Positions 30,063 through 39,680 of a DNA stretch of 64,000 bases are shown here, one piece after another. Below the pieces are notes generated by a model, which saw nothing but the letters and a program-made list of their open reading frames with translations, was not told the DNA's origin and made no database searches. How positions within the stretch are numbered: the stretch's first letter is position 1; each line of letters starts with the position of its first letter. The position numbers and the translations under genes were made by a program. The DNA is from a bacterium. Lineage in GTDB: Bacteria; Chloroflexota; Dormibacteria; Aeolococcales; Aeolococcaceae. The stretch lies in the NCBI GenBank assembly GCA_021803465.1, contig JAJZLL010000008.1, positions 8,035 to 72,034 of the forward strand, given 5' to 3'.

Positions 30063-30563
30063 ATGAATGGATTCAATGGCTTCTCAAGCAACCAGATCAC
30101 TTCAGTCTTCTTGACGTTCATCACATTCGGCCTTTTCACGCTCCTTCCAGCGTTTACCATCTGGAAGATGTATCGCGACACCAAACCTGTGAACGGACGC
30201 ATTCCGAAAACCGCATGGTGGTATATGTTTGCGGGATTCTGCTACTTCTGGACCCAAGTTGCGCTCGTCTGGGCAGCGCCTGCTGAGGCCTCGTTTGTGA
30301 GTCTTCATGGAAATCACCTGTTTCCCTTTGACCAGGTGAACATGTCCTTAGGATTTGGCATTCCATTCATTTTTGTCAATCCAGCACTCCATTTCGCAAA
30401 AATGATATTCGTCTGGGCATTTGGCATCATTGGAACGATCGCTCTCGCTATCGGCATGCGCACCACTGCACGCAGCAGGAAAGCGCTTGAGGCGGGTGAG
30501 ACTGGGCAGCCCAAGAAGGCGGAAGAACCAGCCCTGAAAGCCTCCACCCCCGAAGTCGCCTAG
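30063..30563 (+). CDS. hypothetical polytopic membrane protein
   Basis: about 166 aa from internal Met (MNGFNGFSSNQITSVFLTFITFGL...), 4 predicted TM helices, Trp/Phe-rich; the upstream part of the ORF overlaps fabH antisense and was trimmed. Confidence 0.45.
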   Translation: MNGFNGFSSNQITSVFLTFITFGLFTLLPAFTIWKMYRDTKPVNGRIPKTAWWYMFAGFCYFWTQVALVWAAPAEASFVSLHGNHLFPFDQVNMSLGFGIPFIFVNPALHFAKMIFVWAFGIIGTIALAIGMRTTARSRKALEAGETGQPKKAEEPALKASTPEVA

Positions 30564-30626
30564 TCGGAACCATTCAGAGGATGGAGGGAAGGAGCTCCCC
30601 TTGCGGGCCTTGCTCCCTTTTGCATC

Positions 30627-31130
30627 CTATTGTGCTGTGAAGGACACGATCGTGGCTGGGTTGAGAAGGCCGAATGGACGCTGGATGGCATGGGACATGG
30701 CTGCAGCTCCAGCTATCCAGAGGGCGGAGATGTTCGTCAGGGGAAGAAAGTCGTTCGGGTAGCGCTCAAGGTGGTCTGTGAGGGACTCATTGAGGTCGAG
30801 ATGCGCTTCAGCCATGAGGGAGAATGTCTGCGTGGTGAAGAGATAGGTCTGGGGGATCTTCTCCCGCCAGAGCGCTGGATTGCTCGCAGGGGACGGCTCC
30901 TTTGTGGGACACACGATCGTGATGCCACTCTTTGCAAGCATGCTTTCGAGCTGCGGGTGCGCGAGCACTGGAAAGTTCGAGGAGAGCGGATCTACTGTGG
31001 CATTGCGGAGCTCAAGATGCGAGGAGATCCTGTTGAGGGTGTCACTGAGGCGAAGAGGGCGGATGACTTCAATGTCTCCACACACGCGGATAAAGAGGGA
31101 GTAGATCTCAATTGGATACCACGTGCTCAT
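30627..31130 (-). CDS. hypothetical protein
   Basis: 167-aa ORF with ordinary composition; no family recognised. Confidence 0.4.
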   Translation of the reverse strand: MSTWYPIEIYSLFIRVCGDIEVIRPLRLSDTLNRISSHLELRNATVDPLSSNFPVLAHPQLESMLAKSGITIVCPTKEPSPASNPALWREKIPQTYLFTTQTFSLMAEAHLDLNESLTDHLERYPNDFLPLTNISALWIAGAAAMSHAIQRPFGLLNPATIVSFTAQ

Positions 31131-31278
31131 TCGCTTTCCCTTGTTTCCTTACCCGGCTGGGGGTTCCCCTCTTCCCAACGCAAAGGGGTGTATCGGTCTA
31201 TTACACTCTACCTGAAGACACGCCATACCACCCGACTGGGGTGTCGGATGCCATGAGCAGCAGAGTAAGGTAGAGAGC

Positions 31279-31422
31279 ATGACTCGAAGTGAACGATTTC
31301 TTGCCGCCATCCGTCAGGACATTGGATGCCTGTCCATTGCCACGGCATTCATCATCATCATGGTCTTCGCAATATTGTTCGCGAACATCATCACGCCGTC
31401 CGCCAACAACCCGTTTGTATGA
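31279..31422 (+). CDS. small membrane protein (47 aa) upstream of the Rieske gene, possible accessory subunit
   Basis: ATG with AAGGTAGAGAG SD; single TM helix (IATAFIIIMVFAILFANII); below the 60-aa ORF-track cutoff. Confidence 0.3.
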   Translation: MTRSERFLAAIRQDIGCLSIATAFIIIMVFAILFANIITPSANNPFV

Positions 31423-31483
31423 GTCTGGCAGTGCAGGAGGGATTCGAAGTGAGTGCAGTCGTTCTGGAACTTGGTGAGCTCCT

Positions 31484-32119
31484 ATGAGTGTCAATCCATA
31501 CGAGACGAAGGAGAACAAGCTCCATTGGCTCGCTGAAGTCACACGTCGGCAGTTCATCGCCATCATCGGAACACTGGTTTCCCTCGGAGCGCTCCTCTTT
31601 GGAGGCTTCGAGTCACTGAAGTTCCTCTTTCCGAACTCAACCAGTGATCCCCCACTCCGCTTCATTGTTCCCATCGATCCCACTTCAGTCACTGTGGACA
31701 ATCCATATATGGACTACCAGCACCGTGTCGGCATCATCCGGGATGATGGTGGGTTCTACTGCGTGCAGCTTGTGTGCACGCACCTTGGGTGCACACCGAA
31801 CTACTACTCGAACTGCGTGACCAACACTCCCGTGTTGCCAGCCACAGCAGAATCTCACGGTGAGCGCACTCCTGCCGAGCGCATTCCGAATGGATGGATC
31901 TGTCCCTGTCATGGGAGCCGGTACTTCATCGACTCAACGAACTTCTATGGACCAGCGCCACGGCCCATGGACTGGGTCAACATTGAATTCACGCCGGACA
32001 AGAAGCAGTTCATTGTTGACCGGTCAAACATCGTTGTCTATCGCAATCCGGGTCAGGTCACACCACCACTCTGGCGCATTGATCCGACAACCGGTGTATG
32101 GAACGGAAAGGTTCTCTGA
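31484..32119 (+). CDS. qcrA: Rieske [2Fe-2S] iron-sulfur subunit of a cytochrome bc/b6c complex
   Basis: Rieske boxes 'CTHLGCT' and 'CPCHGSRY'; N-terminal TM anchor. Confidence 0.9.
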   Translation: MSVNPYETKENKLHWLAEVTRRQFIAIIGTLVSLGALLFGGFESLKFLFPNSTSDPPLRFIVPIDPTSVTVDNPYMDYQHRVGIIRDDGGFYCVQLVCTHLGCTPNYYSNCVTNTPVLPATAESHGERTPAERIPNGWICPCHGSRYFIDSTNFYGPAPRPMDWVNIEFTPDKKQFIVDRSNIVVYRNPGQVTPPLWRIDPTTGVWNGKVL

Positions 32120-32185
32120 GATGCAGGGGAGGAAATGTGACATGCGAGGCGTCATGCAGCACGCAACTGAGGGAGAGGTGACACA

Positions 32186-32917
32186 ATGAGCTCTGGCAGC
32201 TACGAGCAGAATCCCATCAAGGCGTTTGCCAGTGAGGTGTGGGGTTCCGTCTTCAGGCATGGTCTGCCCACAACGGACAAGGTTGCAGCGAGAACTGCGC
32301 TCACAAACTTCTTCCTTCACATCCATCCAGTCCGTGTGAAGAAGTCCGCAATCCGCGTGTCATACACCCTGTGCCTTGGAGGACTCTCATTCTTCCTCTT
32401 CATTGCACTCACCATCAGTGGCCTGTTCCTCATGTTCTACTACATCCCCTCCGTTGGCCAGGCATACCAGAGCATCAAGGATATCCAGTACGTTGCGACA
32501 TTTGGCCTGGTCATGAGAAACATCCACAGGTGGGCAGCTCATGCGATGGTCATAACGGTATGGCTCCACATGGCTCGCGTCTTCTATCAGGGAGCCTACA
32601 AGCCACCGCGGCAGTTCAACTGGGTCATCGGTACAGCGCTGCTCCTCATCACGCTTCTTCTTTCCTTCACGGGATACCTTCTTCCGTGGGACCAGCTGGC
32701 AGTCTGGGCTATCACTGTTGGAACAAACCTTGGCAAGTACGGCCCGATTGTTGGTCCCGTTTCCCGCTACATCATGCTTGGTGGGAGGAATGTCGGCCAG
32801 TCCGCGCTCACTAGATTCTATGTGCTCCATGTCATAGCGCTTCCGCTTATAGGATTCGTTCTCATGGTGATACACTTCTGGCGAGTACGAAAAGACGGAT
32901 TCACGGGAGGACTGTAA
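32186..32917 (+). CDS. qcrB: cytochrome b6-type (N-terminal half of split cytochrome b)
   Basis: b-heme His-containing helices (RNIHRWAAHAMVITVWLHM; RFYVLHVIALPL); length 243 aa typical of b6. Confidence 0.9.
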   Translation: MSSGSYEQNPIKAFASEVWGSVFRHGLPTTDKVAARTALTNFFLHIHPVRVKKSAIRVSYTLCLGGLSFFLFIALTISGLFLMFYYIPSVGQAYQSIKDIQYVATFGLVMRNIHRWAAHAMVITVWLHMARVFYQGAYKPPRQFNWVIGTALLLITLLLSFTGYLLPWDQLAVWAITVGTNLGKYGPIVGPVSRYIMLGGRNVGQSALTRFYVLHVIALPLIGFVLMVIHFWRVRKDGFTGGL

Positions 32918-33480
32918 TGGCGCAGGAAGCATCTAGCGTCAGGAATGCCCGTCGAGCGGGCATGATCACGACGCGGGGACATACGGTGAGAACCGGACCC
33001 GAGCTGTCCTCGACTCCGATGGTCGTGCGGAGCAGGGAGGAGGAGGAGACCGTTGTCACCTTCCCGCATCTCGTCTGGAAGGAGTTCCTCGCTGGACTGG
33101 CAATGATGGTGTTCCTCCTTGCTGTATCCGTCCAGATCAATGCGCCACTCCTTCAGCCCGCTAACACTGCAGTGACTCCAAACCCTGCAAAGGCACCTTG
33201 GTACTTCCTCGGACTGCAGGAACTCCTTGAGCGGTTCCCACCGGTTATGGCAGGTGTCATCTTCCCAGGCATGGTGCTTGTGGGAATGGTGCTTGTTCCC
33301 TACCTCGACAGGAATCCAAGCCGCCGTCCTGAGGACAGGAAGCTTGCCATTGGACTCTTCACTGTGTATGTCACGATGGCAGTCGCCTTCGTCATCATCG
33401 GAACGGTCTTCCGCGGACCGAACTTCAGCTGGTACTGGGGCCAGGTGCTCGGCCATCCAGGTCTGAACTCTAAGGTGTAG
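32917..33480 (+). CDS. cytochrome bc complex subunit IV (C-terminal half of split cytochrome b)
   Basis: 'PNPAKAPWYFLGLQELLERFP' PEWY-like motif (PAKAPWYF) and 3 TM helices; start overlaps the qcrB stop. Confidence 0.8.
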   Translation: MAQEASSVRNARRAGMITTRGHTVRTGPELSSTPMVVRSREEEETVVTFPHLVWKEFLAGLAMMVFLLAVSVQINAPLLQPANTAVTPNPAKAPWYFLGLQELLERFPPVMAGVIFPGMVLVGMVLVPYLDRNPSRRPEDRKLAIGLFTVYVTMAVAFVIIGTVFRGPNFSWYWGQVLGHPGLNSKV

Positions 33481-33483
33481 TGA

Positions 33484-34500
33484 ATGAACAAGTCGAAAGT
33501 GCTCTTTCTCGTCCTGAGCGTTCTCTTTGTCGGACTCATTGGGTATGCGGCCTGGCAGGACAACAACGCGAGGTCGTACATCAGCATCCAGCAGACGTAC
33601 ATCAACCAGTACCATGCCCAGGGCATCACTACTGGCGTGCAGCAGCTGTTCCCAACCTTTTCAGAGGCATCCCAGGGAGGAAGCTTCGCCTTTCCAAATT
33701 ACAAGACGGAACGGTGCATATCCTGTCACGTGCCAGACATCGCGACCATCAATCCCAACACTGCAGCACAGCGCATCTCACAGGACTTCTTCAAGTACGA
33801 TCCAAACGCGAAGCAGCTCCAGAAGCAGTACAACCTCACTGGGCACCATCCCGCATACATCAATGCCCAGCTCTGTGACACGTATGGCCCCTCCGCCTAT
33901 GCAACTTCGGACGGGTTCCATTCGTATCTTGGGACAGCTACGAATTCACAGGGGGTTGCACAGCTGCAGGCCGCGAACCTTCCTGGATTCCTTCCTTCAT
34001 TCCTCTGTGACAGTCTCAAGCCAGGGCAGCAGCTGAGTATCGGTGAAGTGGGCTGCATCGTCTGCCACAATGGCAACCGACTCGCTCTCACGCAGTCTGA
34101 TGCCCACCAGAACCTCATCATCAACCCGGAATACAGCTGGAGTGCAGGCGCAGCAATCTACTATGAGTACTGCATCAGCTGCCATGGCATCCAGGGTGGT
34201 GGTGGAGTGGGACCGCCACTCAACAACCAGGACCGGCTCGGTTTCTACAACGAGGACTACTACTACCGGTGCATCGAGTACGGCTTCACAGGATTTGAGC
34301 ACTACGGAAGCGTCATGCCCGCATGGGGCAGCATTGCAAGCGACTTCACCTACACGCCAGGAAGGGATCAGGCCTCTATGGTCGATGGTGGCAACTTCGC
34401 TGCATTCAAGGCGCACTACACGAGGAAGCTCAGCGAACAGCAGATCGTGCTCATGACCCAGTTCATCCGTCACTGGGAAAACTATCAGACACTGCCGTAG
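33484..34500 (+). CDS. membrane-anchored multiheme (three CXXCH) c-type cytochrome
   Basis: CISCH, CIVCH, CISCH heme-binding motifs; N-terminal signal-anchor helix. Confidence 0.85.
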   Translation: MNKSKVLFLVLSVLFVGLIGYAAWQDNNARSYISIQQTYINQYHAQGITTGVQQLFPTFSEASQGGSFAFPNYKTERCISCHVPDIATINPNTAAQRISQDFFKYDPNAKQLQKQYNLTGHHPAYINAQLCDTYGPSAYATSDGFHSYLGTATNSQGVAQLQAANLPGFLPSFLCDSLKPGQQLSIGEVGCIVCHNGNRLALTQSDAHQNLIINPEYSWSAGAAIYYEYCISCHGIQGGGGVGPPLNNQDRLGFYNEDYYYRCIEYGFTGFEHYGSVMPAWGSIASDFTYTPGRDQASMVDGGNFAAFKAHYTRKLSEQQIVLMTQFIRHWENYQTLP

Positions 34501-34522
34501 GGATTGGGAGAGAATAGCTAGT

Positions 34523-34646
34523 CATGAAACGCATTACCGTCTGGCGTGATGTCATTGGAACCACGATCGTCTTTGTTGGGCTTCTCATTCTCACAGTGCT
34601 CATCATCTTCGGTGAGAACTACCTCGAACAGTTCAAGGCCCACTAG
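34523..34646 (+). CDS. small membrane protein (40 aa), possible bc-complex accessory subunit
   Basis: read from sequence: MKRITVWRDVIGTTIVFVGLLILTVLIIFGENYLEQFKAH; not in the ORF track (<60 aa). Confidence 0.25.
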
Positions 34647-34694
34647 GGCGCACAGACGAATGCATATTAATTGATAGAAGGGAAGGAGAAGAAC

Positions 34695-34829
34695 ATGGCA
34701 CCGATCCTCGGTTCGCTGTATCCGGGAGATGCTGGCTGGGGTGACCTGCTCTTTGCAGGACTCTGGTCGCTTGGCACCCTGCTTCTCACAGCGTCATATG
34801 TCTACCGGGCCTTCTTCCGCTCACGGTAG
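34695..34829 (+). CDS. small membrane protein (44 aa)
   Basis: read from sequence: MAPILGSLYPGDAGWGDLLFAGLWSLGTLLLTASYVYRAFFRSR; GGAGAAGAA SD-like upstream. Confidence 0.25.
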   Translation: MAPILGSLYPGDAGWGDLLFAGLWSLGTLLLTASYVYRAFFRSR

Positions 34830-34835
34830 CAGGCC

Positions 34836-35225
34836 ATGGCAGTACACGCTGAAGAGAAGGGTGAACGGGAACTCGCTGCGCTTGAGAAGCGCCGTGGAGT
34901 GATGCTGTCCCTCATTCCTGGCGTTGGACAGGTCATGAATGGACAGGCCTACAAGTTCTGGTTCTATTTTCCTGCCACCCTGATTTCCCTCGTGATAGGA
35001 GTTGGACTCTTCTGGATTGGAGCCTCCATTGGTCCGAATATGCTCGTTGCCCACGATGGCATCCTGTTCCTTGCAGTGAGTCTTGTGGGAGCTGTGGTGG
35101 GATTCCTCGCCATAGTTCTTGGTCTTTTCTTCTGGGCAAGCGCTGCAGTGGATACATACAGGAGTGCCCATGCGTTCAGAGTGGGATCGGATGAGCACGA
35201 GAAGTGGTGGTTCTTTCACGTTTAA
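34836..35225 (+). CDS. hypothetical membrane protein
   Basis: 129 aa, 3 TM helices. Confidence 0.4.
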   Translation: MAVHAEEKGERELAALEKRRGVMLSLIPGVGQVMNGQAYKFWFYFPATLISLVIGVGLFWIGASIGPNMLVAHDGILFLAVSLVGAVVGFLAIVLGLFFWASAAVDTYRSAHAFRVGSDEHEKWWFFHV

Positions 35226-35472
35226 GCTCTCCAGTGCTGCAGAGGTGCTGCTGCCCGGTATCATGAGGTGAACAGCCAAGGTGCAAGGAGAACATCGATG
35301 ACTGACAGGCCGAAATCCACCGGTTCCGAAGTGCAGCAGCAGATCGTCCAGGACCCCACTCTGCCTCCTTTCCGCAGAGGGCCATGGAGTGAGGCGGCTG
35401 TCACTAATGTTCGAGTGACAGATGCCGTGAAGCAGAGAATGCGCACTGTGACGCAGCCGTGGATGAAGTGAC

Positions 35473-35973
35473 TTGTTCTCCGTCCAGCAGCCAGCTGGAA
35501 CGGGCGGTTGCTCTCCGATGAGGACGAGGGTTGCAGTCGACATCCACTGTCACATCGGAGAGGTCTGGGAGCGCGTAAGTGATCTCACAAGCCATGTCAC
35601 CTGGATGCAGGATGCGAAGGAGATCCGGCTGCGGTCCCTGCAGCATGAAGGCATGGGAACGGAGATTGAGTGCCTCACCCAGGTTGGACCGTTCCGCACG
35701 CGGGATGTGCTCCGCGTGACTGACTGGAAGCCGAGATCGCGCATCACCATGGAACATCTCGGCAGCATCAAGGGAACAGGCACAATTGCGCTGGAAGCGT
35801 ATGGATCGACAACGCATGTTGTCTGGACAGAGGAAATCCTGTTTCCCTGGTGGATTGGAGGCAGCTTCACTGGAGCAGCCGCGAAGCTGATTCTCCATGA
35901 GGTGTGGGCTTCGAACCTCCATCGTCTCAAGAGAATTTGTGAGGAAAAACGCAGTTCCTCAGTGGTGCAGTAA
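35473..35973 (+). CDS. SRPBCC (START/Bet v1-like, polyketide cyclase/dehydrase-type) domain protein
   Basis: about 150-aa domain with a beta-grip/long C-terminal helix pattern; weak family-level call. Confidence 0.45.
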   Translation: MFSVQQPAGTGGCSPMRTRVAVDIHCHIGEVWERVSDLTSHVTWMQDAKEIRLRSLQHEGMGTEIECLTQVGPFRTRDVLRVTDWKPRSRITMEHLGSIKGTGTIALEAYGSTTHVVWTEEILFPWWIGGSFTGAAAKLILHEVWASNLHRLKRICEEKRSSSVVQ

Positions 35974-36093
35974 CGTGCCAAGCGCAGGTTGTGCTCCATC
36001 CCGCACCAGCCGGAGAGGAATGGCTATAGTAGAGGGGTGTGATTTGATCGGAAGCCGAGTGCAGATCGGTTTTGTACGCAGGAGTGCAGCATT

Positions 36094-36870
36094 GTGAACG
36101 TAGTGCAGTGGGTTGCGGCATCGACATTCGTTCCCGCATCGCCTCTTGATCCAGCGGGGCCGAGCGGTGCACGGATGGCAGGAATCTTCTACGGAGTGAT
36201 GTGGACATCGTTCGTTGTTGGTGGTGCAGTCTTCCTTGGTCTCATCTTCACCTTCTTCAAATTTCGTGCGAAGAAGGGAGACACGTCCGAAGGGGCGCAG
36301 TGGCACGAGAAGCCTGTGCTTGAGGCTGCGTACACGATCTTTCCATTCGTTCTCTTCATGGTTTTGTTTGGCATTGGGGCCGCGAACGTCAACTACATCA
36401 CGAACGGTCCAGGCAACCACAGCGGAGCACCAACTTTCAACGATGTCGTCATTGCCCACCAGTTCTTCTGGGAGTACGAGTACAAGGACATCACGCTTCC
36501 CAACGGACAGCACCCCTACACTTTCGAGCAGCTCAACATTCCGCTCAACAGTGTGGTGAACATGAATGTCATCTCGCTTCCCACACCTCCGCAGTATCCC
36601 ACTGCCGTGAACCACAGCTTCTATGTGCCGGAACTGGCTGCACAGATCAATGCCATTCCCGGACAGACAAACTTCACATGGATGGAAGCATCCACAGCGG
36701 GAATGTACTATGGGCAGTGCACGGAACTCTGTGGCGTAGGGCATGACCAGATGCTCATCACTGTCGATGCCATGTCGCAGCAGCAGTATAGGCAGTGGGC
36801 TGCGTCCTGCAAGACGAATGCAAGCTACTCACCAGGCTACAAGGTCTACATCTGCGCACCTGCAGCATGA
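36094..36870 (+). CDS. coxB: cytochrome c oxidase subunit II
   Basis: CuA site 'H...CTELCGVGHDQM'; two N-terminal TM helices. Confidence 0.9.
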   Translation: MNVVQWVAASTFVPASPLDPAGPSGARMAGIFYGVMWTSFVVGGAVFLGLIFTFFKFRAKKGDTSEGAQWHEKPVLEAAYTIFPFVLFMVLFGIGAANVNYITNGPGNHSGAPTFNDVVIAHQFFWEYEYKDITLPNGQHPYTFEQLNIPLNSVVNMNVISLPTPPQYPTAVNHSFYVPELAAQINAIPGQTNFTWMEASTAGMYYGQCTELCGVGHDQMLITVDAMSQQQYRQWAASCKTNASYSPGYKVYICAPAA

Positions 36871-36934
36871 CGCGCACAACGAGAACACGACGTACTGATT
36901 CAACCGCAGCGAAGACGAGGAGGCTCCGGAAACA

Positions 36935-38602
36935 ATGGCAGTGATGGACGCGACAGTGGGACATTCCACAGTCACCAGTGATTACAAGACACGGGGGATT
37001 GTCAGCTGGCTAACAACTGTCGATCACAAGCGTCTTGGGATCATGTATCTCTTCACCACCTTCTTCTTCTTCCTCGTGGGTGGCCTGATGGCGCTTCTCA
37101 TCCGCATCCAGCTCGCTGAGCCGCAGAACTCCTTCCTCACTGCGCAGCAGTACAACCAGGTGTTCACCATGCATGGCACGACGATGATCTTTCTCTGGAT
37201 CGTCCCGGTGTTCGCTGGATTTGGCAACTATTTCGTCCCACTCATGATTGGGGCAAGGGACATGGCGTTTCCCCGTCTCAATGCCATATCGTTCTGGCTC
37301 ATTCCGCTTGGCGGACTCATCATCTACTCAGGCTTCCTCGTTCCAGGGGGAGCAGCTGCTGCAGGATGGACAGGATATGTTCCACTCACGGAGCAGAACC
37401 CTGGACAGATAGGGCAGGATCTCTGGATCCTTGGCCTTCACATTGTCGGCATCTCGTCAATGCTTGGCGGTGTGAACTTCCTTGTCACAATACGGAACAT
37501 GCGCACGAAGGGCATGACATGGATGAAGATGCCACTCTTCGTGTGGGCGACTGAGATCACTGCAACGCTTGTCGTGCTCGCAACCCCGTTCATTGCGGGT
37601 GCACTCCTCATGGTGCTCCTCGACCGCCAGTTCGGCACGAACTTCTTCAACCCGCAGCATGGGGGGAACGCGCTTCTCTACCAGCTCATCTTCTGGTTCT
37701 ACTCGCATCCCGCTGTCTACATCATGGTGCTTCCCGCATTTGGCATCATCAGTGAGATCATTCCCGTGTTCGCACGAAAACCCATATTCGGATACAAGGG
37801 GATGGTCTATGCAATTGCCGCGATCGCAGTGCTGGGCTTTGTCGTCTTCGTGCACCACATGTTTGTCACGGGACTTCCAATGAGCGTGCGGATCTTCTTC
37901 TCCGCCACCACAATGATCATCGGCGTGCCAACAGGCATCAAGATCTTCAGCTGGATGGCCACCATGTGGGGCGGCAAGATCCATTTCAAGACACCGATGC
38001 TCTTTGCAGCCGGATTTCTTCTCATGTTCCTCATTGGGGGCATTGATGGCGTGTACCTTGGAGACCTCCCCATCGACTACGCGCTTCACGGAACGTACTG
38101 GGTTGTTGGCCACATCCACTACGTGCTCTTCGGAGGAAGCGTGTTCGGTGTCTTCGCAGGAATGTACTACTGGTTTCCGAAGCTCACTGGACGGCCACTC
38201 AATGAGACGCTTGGCAAGGTCCACTTCTGGCTCATGCTCATCGGGACGAATGTGACATTCATGCCATTCCACATTCTTGGCGTTTTGGGCATGCCCCGCC
38301 GCATCCAGACGTATGCGGCGAACCGAGGATGGGGCGATCTCAATGCCACAGCAACGCTTGGCGCATTCATCATAGCGATCTCTGTCACTGTGTTCATGAT
38401 CAACTTCGTCATCTCGATACGGAAGCCGAAGACTGCAGTGGACGATCCATGGGAAGGTAACACGCTGGAGTGGGCAACGTCGTCACCTCCACCTGTGTAC
38501 AACTTTGCGACAGTCCCTGCAGTGCAGAGCCTTCGCCCTGTGCGTGACTTGCGTCTTGCAAAGTCGGGAGCGAAGGGCAAGCCAGTCGCAGCGTCGTCCT
38601 GA
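36935..38602 (+). CDS. ctaD: cytochrome c oxidase subunit I
   Basis: heme-copper oxidase subunit I signatures (WFYSHPAVYIMVLPAFGII; HHMF; HYVLFGG). Confidence 0.95.
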   Translation: MAVMDATVGHSTVTSDYKTRGIVSWLTTVDHKRLGIMYLFTTFFFFLVGGLMALLIRIQLAEPQNSFLTAQQYNQVFTMHGTTMIFLWIVPVFAGFGNYFVPLMIGARDMAFPRLNAISFWLIPLGGLIIYSGFLVPGGAAAAGWTGYVPLTEQNPGQIGQDLWILGLHIVGISSMLGGVNFLVTIRNMRTKGMTWMKMPLFVWATEITATLVVLATPFIAGALLMVLLDRQFGTNFFNPQHGGNALLYQLIFWFYSHPAVYIMVLPAFGIISEIIPVFARKPIFGYKGMVYAIAAIAVLGFVVFVHHMFVTGLPMSVRIFFSATTMIIGVPTGIKIFSWMATMWGGKIHFKTPMLFAAGFLLMFLIGGIDGVYLGDLPIDYALHGTYWVVGHIHYVLFGGSVFGVFAGMYYWFPKLTGRPLNETLGKVHFWLMLIGTNVTFMPFHILGVLGMPRRIQTYAANRGWGDLNATATLGAFIIAISVTVFMINFVISIRKPKTAVDDPWEGNTLEWATSSPPPVYNFATVPAVQSLRPVRDLRLAKSGAKGKPVAASS

Positions 38603-38651
38603 CCACCCGCATGATGTCCACGGCATCAGGGAAAGGCATCACCGTCATACA

Positions 38652-39680
38652 ATGGAACTGGGGGTAGTGGGTATGTCGTCAGTGCAGAGCAAGCAAGATG
38701 CCGTGAGCCGCGGTGTGGTGCGGTGGGCATGGCTTGTCGCAGTCATCAGCTTCTTTCCCATTGTCATGGGGTCCATTGTGCGCGTCTCGGGAAGTGGCAC
38801 AGGATGCGGTTCTGCCGGTGGTGGATCATGGCCACTCTGCAATGGCCATTTTCTTCCAAAGCCTGACACCGCAACACTCATCGAGTTCTCACACCGCATG
38901 TTTGCCATACTGCTCACCATTGCAGTAGTCGTGTTTGTCATCTGGTCAGTGAGGAAGTACCGGAATGTCGCTGTACTGTTCTGGGGCTCAATCCTCACGC
39001 TGCTGTTTCTCATCGTGCAGATTGCGCTCGGAGCAATCACTGTCAAGCTCGATCTTGCTGGTCCACTCGTGTTCATCCACCTTGCGAATGCGGAGATTCT
39101 TTTTGGCATCGCAGTCGCCACAGCGCTCGGCGCAGGGATTGTGTACAGGAAGGGCGAAGGTATCAGCGATGCGAAGCCATACCGCAAAAGGCGCCTCACA
39201 GTTGCCATCATTGCAGCTGTCGGCACGTATCTTGTCATTATTGCAGGCTCACTTGTCGTGAACACGCCAGGCGCTGCAGGCACCTGCTTCTCCTGGCCGT
39301 TCTGCGGGACAGGACTTGGATTCACCATTCCGTCCACTGGACCCGCTGCGCTCAGCATCTTCCACAGGCTTCTCGCAGGTGTTGTCGCACTGTTCGTGGG
39401 ATTCGTTGCAGGCACTGCAATGGGATCCCACAAGGCGGACCAGCGCATCAAGGTGTCAGCAATGCTCGTTAACGTCACACTTCTCCTTCAGATCATCATT
39501 GGCGCCATCATGGCTGTCATGAAGATGGCTCCCTTCTGGGAGACGCTTCATCTCGCCTTTGCAACGCTCTTCTGGGGGTCCATGGTCGCACTGCTCGTTG
39601 GCATCTGGAATCAGGAACGCCTCCATGATCCTGAGACAGTCGGAACCCATGCGACTGCACCGCAGCGGAGTCCAGCGTGA
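38652..39680 (+). CDS. ctaA: heme A synthase
   Basis: CtaA/COX15 features (GSGTGCGSAGGGSWPLCNG Cys loop; 'EFSHRMFA' His helix); start at Met-50 or Met-57 of the ORF. Confidence 0.75.
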   Translation: MELGVVGMSSVQSKQDAVSRGVVRWAWLVAVISFFPIVMGSIVRVSGSGTGCGSAGGGSWPLCNGHFLPKPDTATLIEFSHRMFAILLTIAVVVFVIWSVRKYRNVAVLFWGSILTLLFLIVQIALGAITVKLDLAGPLVFIHLANAEILFGIAVATALGAGIVYRKGEGISDAKPYRKRRLTVAIIAAVGTYLVIIAGSLVVNTPGAAGTCFSWPFCGTGLGFTIPSTGPAALSIFHRLLAGVVALFVGFVAGTAMGSHKADQRIKVSAMLVNVTLLLQIIIGAIMAVMKMAPFWETLHLAFATLFWGSMVALLVGIWNQERLHDPETVGTHATAPQRSPA

